62,605 nucleotides of DNA, filler included, from Intoshia linei (GCA_001642005.1; 7 parts of 7 records of this genome joined end to end with filler, not necessarily neighbours in it), one strand, 5' to 3'; shown: positions 24,003 to 37,172, counted from the whole stretch's first letter. A program made the numbers and translations. Notes: generated by a model not told the origin, from the sequence alone.

Positions 24003-27000
24003 ATGAACAAAACAGACAAAGAAAGTTGCGATAACTACCCACGAATTGCTAGAGAAGACTCTGATTTTTCTTCGTGTTGTAATTTAGATGAATTGAAAAG
24101 TAAATTAGATAATGACTCTATGAAATATAATGATTTAAAAACATTAAATGCTCAAACTGAAATTTTTTCAAATTATCAAGACTCATTTAAAATTGATTAC
24201 GAATTTGATAATGCGGATAAAAACGACAAAGTGGATCCAAATCATGACAACATTGAATCAAATTATGATTCAAATGTAATTTTAAATATAGAAAAAACAA
24301 ATGATACTAATTATGCACGAAATCAAGTAATGTCTGAATCTGAATCCTTACCAAATAGTCAAAATGAAGAATTAACATTGGTTGATGATGAGAAACCCTC
24401 CATAAATATTTCTATAAATACAAAGATTGATTATCAAAATTATCCGGAAAATTTTGCAAGTAATTTTTTTCATTTAGATAAATTGTCTATTACATTTATA
24501 CAATTTTATTTTTGTAGATCTAGCTTTAATTGCAGAAAATGATGACTACGAAGATAAAAAGTGTGCACAAGACAATTTCGACATTTCTTCAAAGCAAATT
24601 TCTAATTTTGTATCTAGCCGTCGAAAATCTTCAAAAAAGGGACGAAAAAAAAGGAAAAAGTTTTTAATTTACTTTTTTATTTATTCATTCATTTTCAGAA
24701 TTTTACTCATTTCTCTAGCGAATTGCAAATATGATTCGGGTAATTTAATTTATTCAATTTAAAAAAAAGGTCAATAATAGTTTTTATGCATTGTAACTGT
24801 TCAATAGCCGACTAATTAATACCTTTTTAATTATTCCATTTCATATAAATATAAACTTTCAAAAATATAAATTTATTCGCTAGATTACTAAAAAACTTTA
24901 AAATAAGGTACAAAACGAGTGCAATGCAGTGTTATAATTATTTAATTGTTTAATAAAGAATGCGTTTGTTTTTTAGTTCAACAAATATACTCAACACATT
25001 TTTTATTGATTTTTGACAGTAAAAAACAATTTTACTTTACAATTTATAACAACCAAAATTATTGTAAACTTGATTCAAATTCTATATATTTTATATTTTA
25101 ATAAATATAATGCTTTTCATTCAACAATTAATGCTTTCTGTCAATTTTTTTTCATAATATATAATTTATTACATTGGATAAAACATAATACAATAATTTT
25201 CCATTGTAATCAGATGTATTATTTCTATTTTTGAATTTGAGAACAATCAACTATTTAATTTTTGTAAATCAAAATAGCGAATCTTTTATAATTCGTCTCA
25301 TTTGAAATTACATTGTTTTAGATACTTTAAATCAGTGATTCTTAACCCGTGTACCGCGGCGCACTGGTGCGCCTCAAAGATATTTGGGTTTATTCTATAA
25401 AAATGTTGTTTTTTATTTTATAAATTAGTTTCAAACTTTTACAATAACAATTCTCTGATGAACATTTTTTAATGTATTATTTAGTATAATAATGTATTTA
25501 TGTATAATATGTTGAAAATCAAAAATATCATACAACAAATGTTTTTTACTAAATTTAAGTTCACCAAATAAAAGTATTTTTTTATTATTATGATTTTATT
25601 TTTTATCGTTTTTAATCTTTGAATATTTTCGAATATTGATGTATTGTTTTCTTAAATTAGTTTAAGGTGCGCCAAAAAGTTTATGTATTCTATAGGTGCA
25701 CATTGATGTAAAAAAGGTTAAGAAATACTGCTTTAGATACTTTATCAAAGTTGACAACCCATACACGCCGTGTATTACATGGTAGTATAATTAATCCTTT
25801 CCATTTTTCCAAAATAAAATACATTTAAAATTTAACAAAACCTTGATTTTATATTGATTTTTCCATGAATGTTAATATGTTTGAAAACATTTACGTGAAT
25901 TTAATAATTTTCAATGAAGAATTTAATAAAAATTAGCGAATTTTTCAAATCATCATATAATCACAAATCAGACACAAAAAATGTTTTGTAAATTTTAAAA
26001 TCAAAACACTTATGCGCCGCATATTACTTATAATAATACAAATTTCAACGTGTATACAATATATCAGTGATTTTCAAATATTAAGATACACGAACCCCAT
26101 TTCTTAAAAAAGTGTTTTATAGGTCCCACATACTTTTTTGTTAATATGTGGCTATTAACACTTAAACAAGTATATATAGTATATGTATAGTGTTGAAAAG
26201 TAAGACATTACTAACATATTTTCTAACGATTGTTTTCATAACCATTTAGTACAGGGATCGGAAACCAGTGGCCCAGATAATAATTTTGGTGGCCCTTTAA
26301 GTAAATATTTAAATTATTTATTTTTACATTTTTCAACTTTTAAACCTTTTCTACTTAATTGGCGTATTATAATCATTCTAAAACTAAATTTTCAAATCGC
26401 TCTATATTTTATTTGGTTCAATATACTAGAATTGTTTATCTTCAGTTAAAATTGAAATATATCATGTGTACATTTTCAAAAAAGGGGCCTATATAATTTT
26501 TTGATATAAAAAAATGACCCACGAGATGCAAAAGGTTGCCGACCCCTGACTTAGTATATTTTATAGAATGTATGGAAAACGTGATGGCACAATCCTTAAT
26601 TTTTTCATTATAATAATTTAGTTCGTCGTGTTTCGAAAAAATTTGGTTTTAAAGAAGTTGACGATGATGAAGATTGGAATTTATACTGGACCGATTGTTC
26701 AGTTGGTCTTGAACGCGTAATGGACATGAAACGCTATCAAGTATTAATTAAAATAAATTAATAATAATGTGGTAATTCCAGTACAATGGCCATTTTACAA
26801 TTTTATTTAAGAATTAGAAGACGAATCTGGTATTCATCACCGGTCCACGTTCTCCCTAGAATTCCTAGAAAATTTTATATCACTTTTTTTTATTAATTTT
26901 ATTTACATTTAAAACTCTACGTTTATTTCATTATTTGCAAGTATTAATCAGGAACAGGGGTGTCAGACTCAATTTGCTTGACGGATTAAATGTGAAAAAA

Positions 27001-28119
27001 AATTATTACGCGGGCCGCACAAAAAAATCTTTACTCAAAAAATTATGTTAAAACTAACAAATTTAATTAATTTATAATAATTTTATTCATAAAATGAAAT
27101 ATGAAACAATAAAAATGGAATAAGTGCAAAAATTGTAATAATGAATAAATAAATCATGAAAAATATATGAAAAAACTGTAAAATAAGAAATATGTGTAAA
27201 AAATTGTTATAAAAAATAAACATTTATATTATAACGCGGGCCGCACATTCCATAATTGGATGCCGCAAATGGCCCAATGGCCGCATAATTGACACCCCTG
27301 ATCAGGAATCAATTTATATTCAATGAGTACTCTTGCTGAATCCCTGCTGCAAAATGTTTATTAAAATTTAATTAATTAATTTAACATTATGAATGGGAAA
27401 CGGCAAATAAGTCTCAATTCATATTATCAGTTCATAATACATTTTATAGTATTTTAATTTATAAAGATTATATATTATGAACATTTTTTAACAAACTGTA
27501 AATCGGGAATTTTCAGATTATTTTTTTACCAAACCTTAATGGAGAGGATTCTTAAATATTTTTTTAACCAGCCGTTGAAGGGAAATGTAAAATAAATTAT
27601 CTAAAAATTGTTAAAAATAAATATTGTATTTTTTAAATAATGCAATATTTTACGCGGATATACGGTTCTTCTCTTTTTCTAACCAAATCCAAATTCAAAT
27701 ATAAGCATGCTCGATTGATAATAATCTAAACGCGCTACCCAACGTGATAAGATTGACTAATTCATTAAGAATTTATAATTTTTTAAAAAAAATAAATGGA
27801 TCAATGCAAATTTTCGATTTTAATATATATGCACTGTAATATTATGTAAATATTTTTTATAAAAAATATTTCATTTTTACACTAATATGCCAAAATTTCA
27901 ACCCTTTAAATAAGATAATTATAATTATTTATTATTCAATATTTAAGTGTTAATTTTTAGTTTATTCAGTTTTGATTTAATTGTTTAGAAAATAAACCAT
28001 TTTCCTGGAATGAGCGAAATATGTCGCAAAGATTTGCTTGCTCGTAATTTAAATAGGCTGTATAAACAATTTCCGTCAGATTACAACATTTACCCAAAAA
28101 CCTGGTGTTTACCTGCCGA
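24003..28119 (+). CDS. TTLL6: Tubulin polyglutamylase TTLL6/TTLL13, 5' part; the rest is not visible beyond the gap at 28800
   Basis: Acidic N-terminal exon, then exons 24699-24739 (ISLANCKYDS), 26622-26740 (VRRVSKKFGFKEVDDDEDWNLYWTDCSVGLERVMDMKRYQ) and 27989-28119 (KINHFPGMSEICRKDLLARNLNRLYKQFPSDYNIYPKTWCLPA), with consistent phases. Confidence 0.92.
25333..25730. mobile_element. hAT (Buster/Charlie-like) MITE
   Basis: TIR CAGTGATTCTTAACC / GGTTAAGAAATACTG; TSD CTTTAAAT/CTTTAGAT. Confidence 0.85.
26252..26548. mobile_element. hAT MITE
   Basis: TIR CAGGGATCGGAAACC / GGTTGCCGACCCCTG; TSD ATTTAGTA/ACTTAGTA; a related end lies at ~29451-29475. Confidence 0.85.
26955..27300. mobile_element. hAT MITE
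   Basis: TIR CAGGGGTGTCA / TGACACCCCTG; perfect TSD ATCAGGAA; repeated subterminal ACGCGGGCCGCACA. Confidence 0.9.
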
Positions 28120-28643
28120 GTAAGTTTAAAAGTATGAGATATAATTAGAATTTATAAATATGTTATATTATATACAAATAAATACCTATCGTACAAGGAG
28201 ACCCTCTTAGGAACCTCGACTAAATTTTTGGAAAATGGCACTCTCATTTTTCAAATATAGGATTCAAAAAATAAATTTTTTTGAATATTAAAAATTAGAA
28301 AAACTTGAGTCCAATCCCGTGCACGGTCGTGAAGATGTTTCTAGTGGTTATAAGAAATTACGCATCTGTTAATTGTTATTATATTTTTATTTTTGTGGCT
28401 CGACTTAATTGTATAAAAAAGATTTTTAAGTTTATTAAGTTTTAAATTTTTTTTTCTTATATTTTATGAGCCATTATATAGCTTTAAATTACTTATAATT
28501 GTAATTGTAGTAAACATATGTTCACTATAGATGATATCTATGGATTATTTAATTATTTGTTTTATCGTCTTGAATTAAAAATACTAAATCGTTTTTACTT
28601 ACATTTTGTTACAATTTTAATTCAATTTATATAAATTCTCAAA

Positions 28644-28799
28644 ATGAACAATATATTGAAACCACTACCAGAATTATTTGATAAGTTTGATTGATTAGAA
28701 AATTCAGAGAAGATCCAAAGGATTGGATAGAAAAATCTGAATTAGCTGTCACGCTTGCAAATGATAAGGAAGAGAAAAAAGTAGCGTTACTCAAATTAA
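28644..28799 (+). mobile_element. Degenerate LTR-retrotransposon gag-like fragment abutting gap
   Basis: Frameshifted translation ...REDPKDWIEKSELAVTLANDKEEKKVALLKL resembles the N-terminal helices of Ty3/Gypsy Gag. Confidence 0.45.
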
Positions 28800-28899
28800 N
28801 NNNNNNNNNNNNNNNNNNNNNNNNNNNNNNNNNNNNNNNNNNNTTAATTAATTAANNNNNNNNNNNNNNNNNNNNNNNNNNNNNNNNNNNNNNNNNNNN
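28800..28899. other. Assembly gap with six-frame stop linker (also 39127-39226, 40869-40968, 52933-53032, 56330-56429, 59214-59313)
   Basis: The same 100-bp N-run / TTAATTAATTAA / N-run cassette occurs six times. Confidence 0.98.
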
Positions 28900-28989
28900 T
28901 ATTCACTTGACAATCACTTGTAAGCGAAATATTTGCATAAATGTTTAAATTAAGTCAATTTAAATACACATAACTCGGCCACATTTGCA

Positions 28990-29206
28990 TTTGACTAGTA
29001 ATAAATCTATAGATTAAATTTTTATAGCAGTTACATCTAAAATTTTATGAGAAATTATTTATATCTTGGCTACGTTAATTTTAAACTTGTGTAGCTCGGG
29101 AAAATTTTTATTTGACTAGTAATAAATCTATAGATTAAATTTATATAGCGGTTACATCTGAAATTTTATAAGAAATTATTTATATCTTAGTTATGTCAAT
29201 TTTAAA
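28990..29206 (+). repeat. Tandem duplication, ~121-bp period
   Basis: TTTGACTAGTAATAAATCTATAGATTAAATTT...AGAAATTATTTATATCTT occurs at ~28990 and ~29111 with few substitutions. Confidence 0.9.
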
Positions 29207-29694
29207 TATCGTTACAAAAAATTTGAATCTTCATTTTCTATTTATAATTTTCAGATTTAATTTATAATTACTTCTTATTTGTAAAATTTTTTTTTTGATA
29301 TTTATTATTTTCAAATATAATTTGAAAAAAAAATGTGTGGTTGTCATATAAATTTTAACCCGAGTGATCTCGATTAGCCAGAGTCGCCACTGAATAATTT
29401 ATATATATATTTCAATGGTCACCAAAATGATTCTATTGTCACTTTTGCTTCGGGCCACTGGTTACCGACCCCTGCCTTAAATGTTGCTTCGTAAAAAAAT
29501 TTATCAAATTTAATATGAACTAATAACTTAAAAAGTAATGTAGATGTAAGGTTTTGATAGAGTTTTTTATTGTTATATTATTTTATGTATTCCACGAAAA
29601 TTTGATGTGAAAATATCATTCCCTAGTATAATTTTTTTGGAAACCCATTAATTGTAATAGCTAAAATCAATATACATGTAATAGCAAATTTTAG

Positions 29695-31110
29695 TTTATA
29701 AATATTTTGTATGCAAATGATGTTATTGCAATTCGAATGACGCATAGTGGAGAAGATGGATTTTTGTTGTACGTTCCAAATGAGGTTATTATTTCATGTA
29801 TTTATACATTGGTTGTAATGTAGAAAATTTTACACTTTTCTAATTTTAACATTGTCACTATTAATATGCGATTTTTGATACTAATAAAGTGAAATATAAA
29901 TATTTTCGATTCAACAAAAATTTCTATAGCCTAATAACTTGACAAATTTTAATTTGTAGATTTAATTATCTTATTATAATAAACGTTTTTTATTAATATA
30001 ATTAATATATTTATCTAGTATGGTCTATATACATATGATACTATATGTAACGCTGGAAAAAACTTTGGTTTAATCAATATTGGATTCTATGCTTTAAGAT
30101 CTCTAAGAATTGAAAAATTTTTCCCTTACTGGGGAATTGATATTTTGAGCAACATGACACCCCTGGAATGTGGTAAAGATCAAAGAGTTTGTTATGAGGT
30201 ATTTTTTCATACAATTCAGAATTCCATACAGAACCCCATATACTACATTTTAGTAAAGTTTGTATCTTTCGCATTATATTATTATATTTACGACATTTTT
30301 ACTGGCTCATATGTCAAAAAATTTTGAGTAATGGAATATTGTTGCAAAATAGACATGTAACAGAGTAAAGTCAGTACAGTGTACTAAGTAATATACTAAA
30401 TAAACCATTATATTAATTTTTTTTGCTGGACTTTTCGTGATCCCCATGACACCTCAATGTTCTAAAATTTTTGTGATGGTGCCTAAATGTTTCTCATTGG
30501 CCCAGGGTACATATCAACCACTTTAGTGGTCCTGTCAAAAGGGCTACGTTATTGTTTTTATTAAAGTTTTTTTGTGAATTTTGTTTTAGAGGGCCCGCAA
30601 CTTTTAAAATTTTCATGTCCCAATAATCACTGAATTGCTGACGTTCGCTTGAAAATGATAAAAATCTACAAAGGCCGAGGGAACCATTTTGCGAAGCGTG
30701 CTGTTCTTAAAAACAAATTTGAAATTTGAAAAATTAATTTTAATTTTCAGAAATCCAATTTCATTGGAAAAGAAGCACTTTTATCTCAAAAACGTAAAGG
30801 TGCATCAAGAAGATTGGTAAACTTTGAAATGCGCGATTGTGACATAAATAAAGATTGGTGGATTACTGGAGGTGAGCCAATTTACTTGAACGGAAATCAT
30901 GTCGGAAATGTAACGTCAAGTGCTTATGGTTTTTCCGTCAACAATATAGTATTAATAGGAAATGTTGATTTTGCAGTTACCCCGTTTGAAACACCTCAAA
31001 AAGCTATTGATTCGTCTACTTTTAAAATAAAAGTAAACAATCAATGGTTCACTGCCAAAGCAAGTTTGTATTCTAGATTCATAAAACCTGTTGAAGATAT
31101 AATTGATTAA
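29695..31110 (+). CDS. PDPR: Pyruvate dehydrogenase phosphatase regulatory subunit (GcvT family), last three exons
   Basis: Exons 29695-29784 (YANDVIAIRMTHSGEDGFLLYVPNE), 30019-30198 (GFYALRSLRIEKFFPYWGIDI...TPLECG) and 30751-31110 (FIGKEALLSQK...GGEPIYLNG...TSSAYG); MTH.GE.GF and RSLRIEKFF fit PDPR better than SARDH/DMGDH. Confidence 0.9.
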
Positions 31111-31569
31111 ATATTTTCAAAAAAAATGTATAAATGAACGTATTACGACTATCGTTTTTTTATATAACAATGTATCCATTTTATTCATATTCGTTACATA
31201 TATTTATGATTTTATGTAGCTACACATTTGGATTAAAATGGATAGACATTTGTTCTCAATGTATAACTCAAACAAATATATATTTGTAGCTCGGATCTTT
31301 TTATTATTTAAATTTTGACAAAATTTAGATTTGATAAATTGAGAGATTGTTTTTATTCGTAAAAAATCGACATTGTTGCTCTCAACGACACAAAATACGA
31401 AAAATTTAAAATTTGGCATTAATATTTAAGTAACCATAAAAACAATATTCCAAAGCAGAGTTTGTTTTGAGTTTTACTATCTTAACAAATAAACTTGGAC
31501 GTTGTTTATAAATATATTTTGATTTGCAACTTTGAAACATTTTTGTCAAATTAATTTTTATAAACTTAA

Positions 31570-32264
31570 ATGGTTGAATTATTGGTGAATGAATTATCTG
31601 ACAATGAATTGGACAATGCAAGTACCGTAAGATATCAAGAAAATAGCGTATGCATATATGAAAATGACAGCCTGCTCGGAATCGGAACATTACTAATTTA
31701 TGACAAGTACATTTTATATACATTTAATTTTCTCGATTAAAAGTATGCATCTGGTTGACGAGTAGAAATTACTAATTCAATTATATAGCTTTTGTCGCTG
31801 GCGTTCATCTAAAACTGATCAAATTATGGATATAAATTATGAAGATATAGGAGTTCATGCCATTTGTCGTGATAAAACTAGATTTCCCCAAAACTGTATA
31901 TATTTAATGGTGGACAAGTTTGTTGAATGTACTCATCATTTTACATAGTTTGCATTATTTCGTTTTAGATGAAAATTCTGAAAATGTGCCTACCGATATT
32001 TACAATGAAATTCGATTTGTACCTCAAAATGAAGCGTCAAGTTTTTTATCATTAGTATCAATACATTTTTAATTTAGTTGACACGATATTCAACACCATG
32101 ATTCAATTTGTAGTGTCTAGCGAATCAGATATTGAAAATAAATTTTCTGATTATGAAGATAATGGGTGTAATGTTTACTTTTTCCATTTTTTTATTAGAT
32201 TTTTAATTTTAATTTAGGTCAATTTGACGAAGCAGACGAAGAAACTAATTCAGATGGAGACTGA
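31570..32264 (+). CDS. CLNS1A: Methylosome subunit pICln, five exons
   Basis: Spliced translation LGIGTLLI...W...INYEDIGVHAICRD...CIYLMVD...EIRFVP...DTIFNTM...GQFDEADEE*, matching pICln motifs (LGTGTLYI, HALSRD, FRFVP, GQFEDAD). Missed by the ORF track. Confidence 0.92.
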
Positions 32265-32325
32265 TGTAATGTAAGCATGATTCCATTTATATATAGTTTA
32301 TATTTTTAAAAATGTAAAATAAATA

Positions 32326-35300
32326 TTAAGTTTGAAAATTTGACGTTTTGTATACTATACTTGGTTTGATTAGTTCTTTGTAGGTGTAAGTTGGATCTTC
32401 TTTAAAAATAGTTTCCATAAAAAATTTGATAAACTGTTTGTCGTGTAAAATTCCATTATGTTCACTTTTTTGAAATGTTACGTATTTAGTGTTTTTCCAA
32501 TTTTGGCAATATTTTAAACTTTTTAAATTCACTGTACCGTCAGCTTTTTCGTAGATACTTGTTGGTGTTCCAGTGGATATGTTTGTGTTTCTATAGTCTA
32601 AATACTGAAGGGTGTCTACATCTATTCCATGGGTACATATCAATTCTACGTCCATATCTTGTACGTCGTTTAATAATGTTTCCACAGTTTTGTATCTTTC
32701 GTAACCTTCTTGAAAGTTTATGTCTTTGAATAAACTGGCATAATCAAATGCCGTGTAGTTTTTTCCTTGGCTTAAGATTACTGGGTCATTTCCCCATATT
32801 TTACTGGGCAGTAAAAGCATTGTGCTTTGCATTGAGCGCTGAAAATCTCTCAATTCTTTTCCATTTACTACAAATATGCCCAAATTGTCACCTAAAATGT
32901 ATATTATTGTTATTTATTTTTAATATCACCTGTTGTAATTAATTTTAGTGTTTTCATTGTACCACCCCAAGGAGTACTTATTGTTATTACTTTTTTTATA
33001 TATTTTTCTTTCCATTTTTTGGATTCTAGCCTAAGTAGAATGTTTAATATTATTCCGCCCATGGAATGAGCTACGAGGATCACTTTTTTCTTTTTATTTA
33101 TTTCATAAGTTTCAATTATCAAATTTCGTAACAGTTGAATTTGTTTTTCATCTATAAAATAATATATTATTAATATATCCAGTTTATGCATTATTATATT
33201 ATTAATTATTTACTTTTCATTAACAAAATTCTTTTCATTTATTAATTTTTCAGAAAAGAAGTGTTCCTTATACCTGTTTCATAAATTCATTGTACATTGT
33301 ATTGTGAAACTTTAAATCAAATGAGCACAAAATTTACATGAAAATGGAAAATTTTCGTGTTATAATAAAATTAATCAATATGTGATTTTCATAATGTGGA
33401 TACTTTATATTGGTACAGTAACGACTAATTAAGTGAACCAATTTTTTAAAAAGGTGATCCGATTTTAACAACTGGTCCATGTTGCTTTTTCTTTTGTATA
33501 TGTTTAACCATATATACCAGTGGCACCCGATTAAAATACTGTACGGACCCCCATTTCAAAATATTTATTTTTTTGGACCCCAAAGGAAACATGAAATATA
33601 TACTATTTATTATAAAATGAAGGTTTTTTCTCATAAGATTTGGTCGAATTGGGTTTTTGAAAAAAATATTGGAAAAAGGTGATTTTTCCTTAATTTAGGT
33701 TGGTAAACTTGGATTTTTTGTTTTAGGTTTTGGATTAAGAAGGTATTGCTCTTAAAATTTGGTCAAATCGGATTTTTCAAAAAAATATCGGTAAAAGTCG
33801 ATTTTTCCCTGAGAGTTTTGAAATGGTATTTTTATTAAATTTTATTAATGGTGTGATAATCCCACTGGGATTTTTGAAATAATAATTTAGTTGTCGTTTA
33901 GGCTTTAGTATAAAATCTGTTAACAAAAGTTAATACAATTTTTTATATATTTTCTATTTGAATCTCACGGCTCCAATCGGAAAACACTGATATATACTAT
34001 AAATTGCATAGTAGGGCGTCCATTTTTGATCATTTCATTTTATTAGAAAACCCATTTTGCATGTGGATGCCTTTTTTGATTTTAAGCATTTATCACGAAA
34101 AAAAATGAAATCGGTTAATATTTACCCCCTTAAATATGAGCGAAATGAAAAAATTGTTCAGATTTTTCAGAGCGCATGGTCTGCTTTTTATCAATTTTTT
34201 TGCCAGTAACAAGAAATTTATTTAAAAAAACGTAACAGTAATGATTATCCTGAAATTTTGAAAAAAGTGGTTCATGTGTCCCTATTGTAGTACTTGTAAA
34301 TGAATTTTTTTCGAATAAGTTTTAAAAAATTCAAATACAACGGAGACTAATAGGTTGCTACTTGTAAAGTAATTGTCGAATAAATGTCATCAATTCCTGT
34401 GGATCAGGATGGGACATTTTGATTAATTCAAGTTTAGTCAATGTCTTTCAATTTTATTCTATCATATTTGTATTTTAACTTTTCACTTTTAACGTACATG
34501 TAATTAAACGTTCGTTCGTCGTACTATATCAACATTCATTTTCAAATAAAAAAGTTAATTTAAATAAAACATTGAATTTAGTCCAATAAAATGTTCCTAA
34601 ATTTGCTTTAAATGCTATACAAAACTTGAGATCAGTTCAAAATATTATAGTCCTTGTATTAAATTAAATGTTTGTTTTAAACGTAGAATTTAACAAAACC
34701 CATTTTCTAACACAGTTTTTACCAGAGCGTGTTTATATCTATTTTTCAGTTTCCTAATTTGAGTCCTTCAGGGTCAAAAACACAACTTTCTCTTTTGTTT
34801 CAAAAATAAATCAGCCCAAAAATTTAATAAAACATACACTCTGGGACGCATTTTAAAATCATTAACATTGTCGTAAATCTCAGCCTCAGAAACGCATATT
34901 TTATCAAACTTCATGGTCAAAACCACAAATTACCCTTTGTATTTAAAAATAAAACATGTCTTAAAATTTTATAAAACATAAATATTAAGTTTGGGATAGT
35001 TTTTAAAATCATAAGCATTATTATAAATGGCAACCTCAAAAAAGATCAATTTCACCATCAAAACCCAGATTACCCTTTTGATAAAAATAAAAACAGCCCT
35101 AACATAATTAACACACACAAAAAATTTCAATTTGAATAAGTAACGCCTTCACGGTCAAAAAGCATTTAGTACTAATATATTTTTTTCCGATATAGTTTAT
35201 TAAAACAAAATATGTGAAATAATTAACGGTTAATTAATTCTTTACACAAATGTTAACAAAATAAATTCAACGTGGAATAATTCACTTTAAATTAAAAGGT

Positions 35301-37172
35301 AATGTGATATGATGGTTCCACCTGACACAAATTTGGGAACCACTCCTTTGAAGGGTTGATAATAGTGAATAGTAGGATTTTTAAATTAGATTTTCAACGT
35401 AAATTTATTTTTTAAGTATAATAAAAATGTGCCTTCGGCAGAGATCCTGTTTGTTAGTAGTACATAACAGTCAACCTAGTATAATATATTTTTTAACAAT
35501 ACTCAATTTATAAAAACTATGCACCATTTTAATAATATTGAGTAACTAGAATTTTTTTAAATGTCTTAGTTTAAAATTCACATCACGCCAGTTTGATGGC
35601 GTGATAATTTCAAACTTGTAGTATTCCAATAATACTTTAATTTTTAAGTGTTTAATTTAAATACGTCACCTTAAGAAAATAGTGCAAACAACGTCTAACA
35701 ATATTTGAAAAATAGAGTCTAACATTTTTGATGGGTTTCATCAAAAAAATAAAATAATGTTATGAAGTCCAAAACCGTTCACCAGCATTGACCCCGGGAT
35801 ATAACGTACTAATGTATGTGTTTAATTATACATACGTATTATATTATGTTAAATGTCTATTTCGAAACTCTACTTGATAATTTTTTAACCAATATTCACC
35901 GTGTTATACCATTACAGTAGTTTTATGAATAAATAATTTCAAACCTGGCGCATGTCGAAAATCATACGGAGCACCTCTTAAGTTGAATCCATCCACATAT
36001 CCCATATTTTTCAGTGGTTCAATGAGTCCATTAAAGATTTCGGCTATAAATATATATTTAACCTTTAAACAATGTAAATTACACACCAATTTTTCAAAAA
36101 TTTTTGTATAATTATAAATATGATTTTTTATGATCCACAGTTTGAAAAATGTATAATAATAGAATAATTGTCTAGGCTATGACCTGATCCAAAACTATCC
36201 ACATCAAAATAAATATGTATGATTTCCCGTACCCGCGTTTTCTTGTAGGGTACATTTCCTAGCTAATCAATATTACAAAATTTTCACTTAACAAATAAGT
36301 GAATAATTTGAGGGTATAGGCCACGGAACCTGAGATCTGAGTAATTTAATAATATGTATCGTAGTAATATTTACTCGGTATAAAATATATAATTTAAAAT
36401 CTACTTTTTACTAATGGCCACTCAGAAAGATATTCAATCGATGAAACATTTCCATATGAGTTGCCGGCAACTCTAATTTCAACTCCTTTTCTGTTATGTC
36501 CACGACGATTGTCGGTGCTGTTATATTCTAATCTAAATAATATAAATTGTATTTAGAAATTTAATTTTAAAGATTTAGTCGATCCTGATCAAATATGTAC
36601 TTTTACCAAAGACATAAGTCATTCCCTAAATGTAATATAAGACAAAAATTACGTCATTCTTTCCAAAAAACATTCCAAGCTAACAAATGGAACAAGTTCT
36701 TCGACACTAACCCATAACAAAAACCAATCATGATTTTTTTCACATTTAAAACTATCAACTTTGGCATTTGTCAATTTGGCTTCTAATTTTGTTCCTCCAT
36801 CACCAGGTACTAAAATAAATTTGTTAGAAATGTAATTGGAAAATGTACATTGTACATGTAAAATTTTAAATCAACATTATACAATTATTATGTAATTATT
36901 TTTAATTGGTAAAATTTACAAATTAAATCATAAATACTGATCCCAAGAATCAAACAAGTAAAACGCCCTTATTATTATTAAATGTTTAATTCAATTTTTA
37001 TGAAAACAATTATAGTATTTCACATTATAATGTCTATTCACATTGACAGATAACACATTAAACAATTATCATTCCTAATAATTTACTTACTGAAAATTAT
37101 TGGATCCCATAGAGCCAATGTTGGTACAATCACGCAGATTACAAAAATTCTGTTGAAAATTTTTTCAAACAT
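32326..37172 (-). CDS. PLA2G15: Group XV lysosomal phospholipase A2 / LCAT family, six exons
   Basis: Signal peptide exon (ATG 37172); PGDGGTKLEAKL...DWFLLW; LRGAPYDFRHAP; catalytic AHSMG, PWGG, ADGTVN and EH motifs; stop 32326. Confidence 0.93.
33518..33989 (+). mobile_element. hAT MITE in PLA2G15 intron
   Basis: TIR CAGTGGCACCCGATT / AATCGGAAAACACTG; perfect TSD ATATATAC; homologous to 10774-11247. Confidence 0.85.
34680..35479 (+). mobile_element. Helitron-family copy, 5' truncated, 3' end intact
   Basis: Body matches 20730-21310; terminates ...GTACATAACAGTCAACCTAG|T. Confidence 0.8.

Noticed and set aside
28844-28855. Repeated TTAATTAATTAA palindrome (six copies)
   Set aside because: Always centred in an identical N cassette; an artificial six-frame stop linker, not biology.
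35428-35445. GTGCCTTCGGCAG resembling the U6 snRNA 5' hairpin
   Set aside because: Part of the Helitron 3' module; no ACAGAGA box or other U6 sequence follows.
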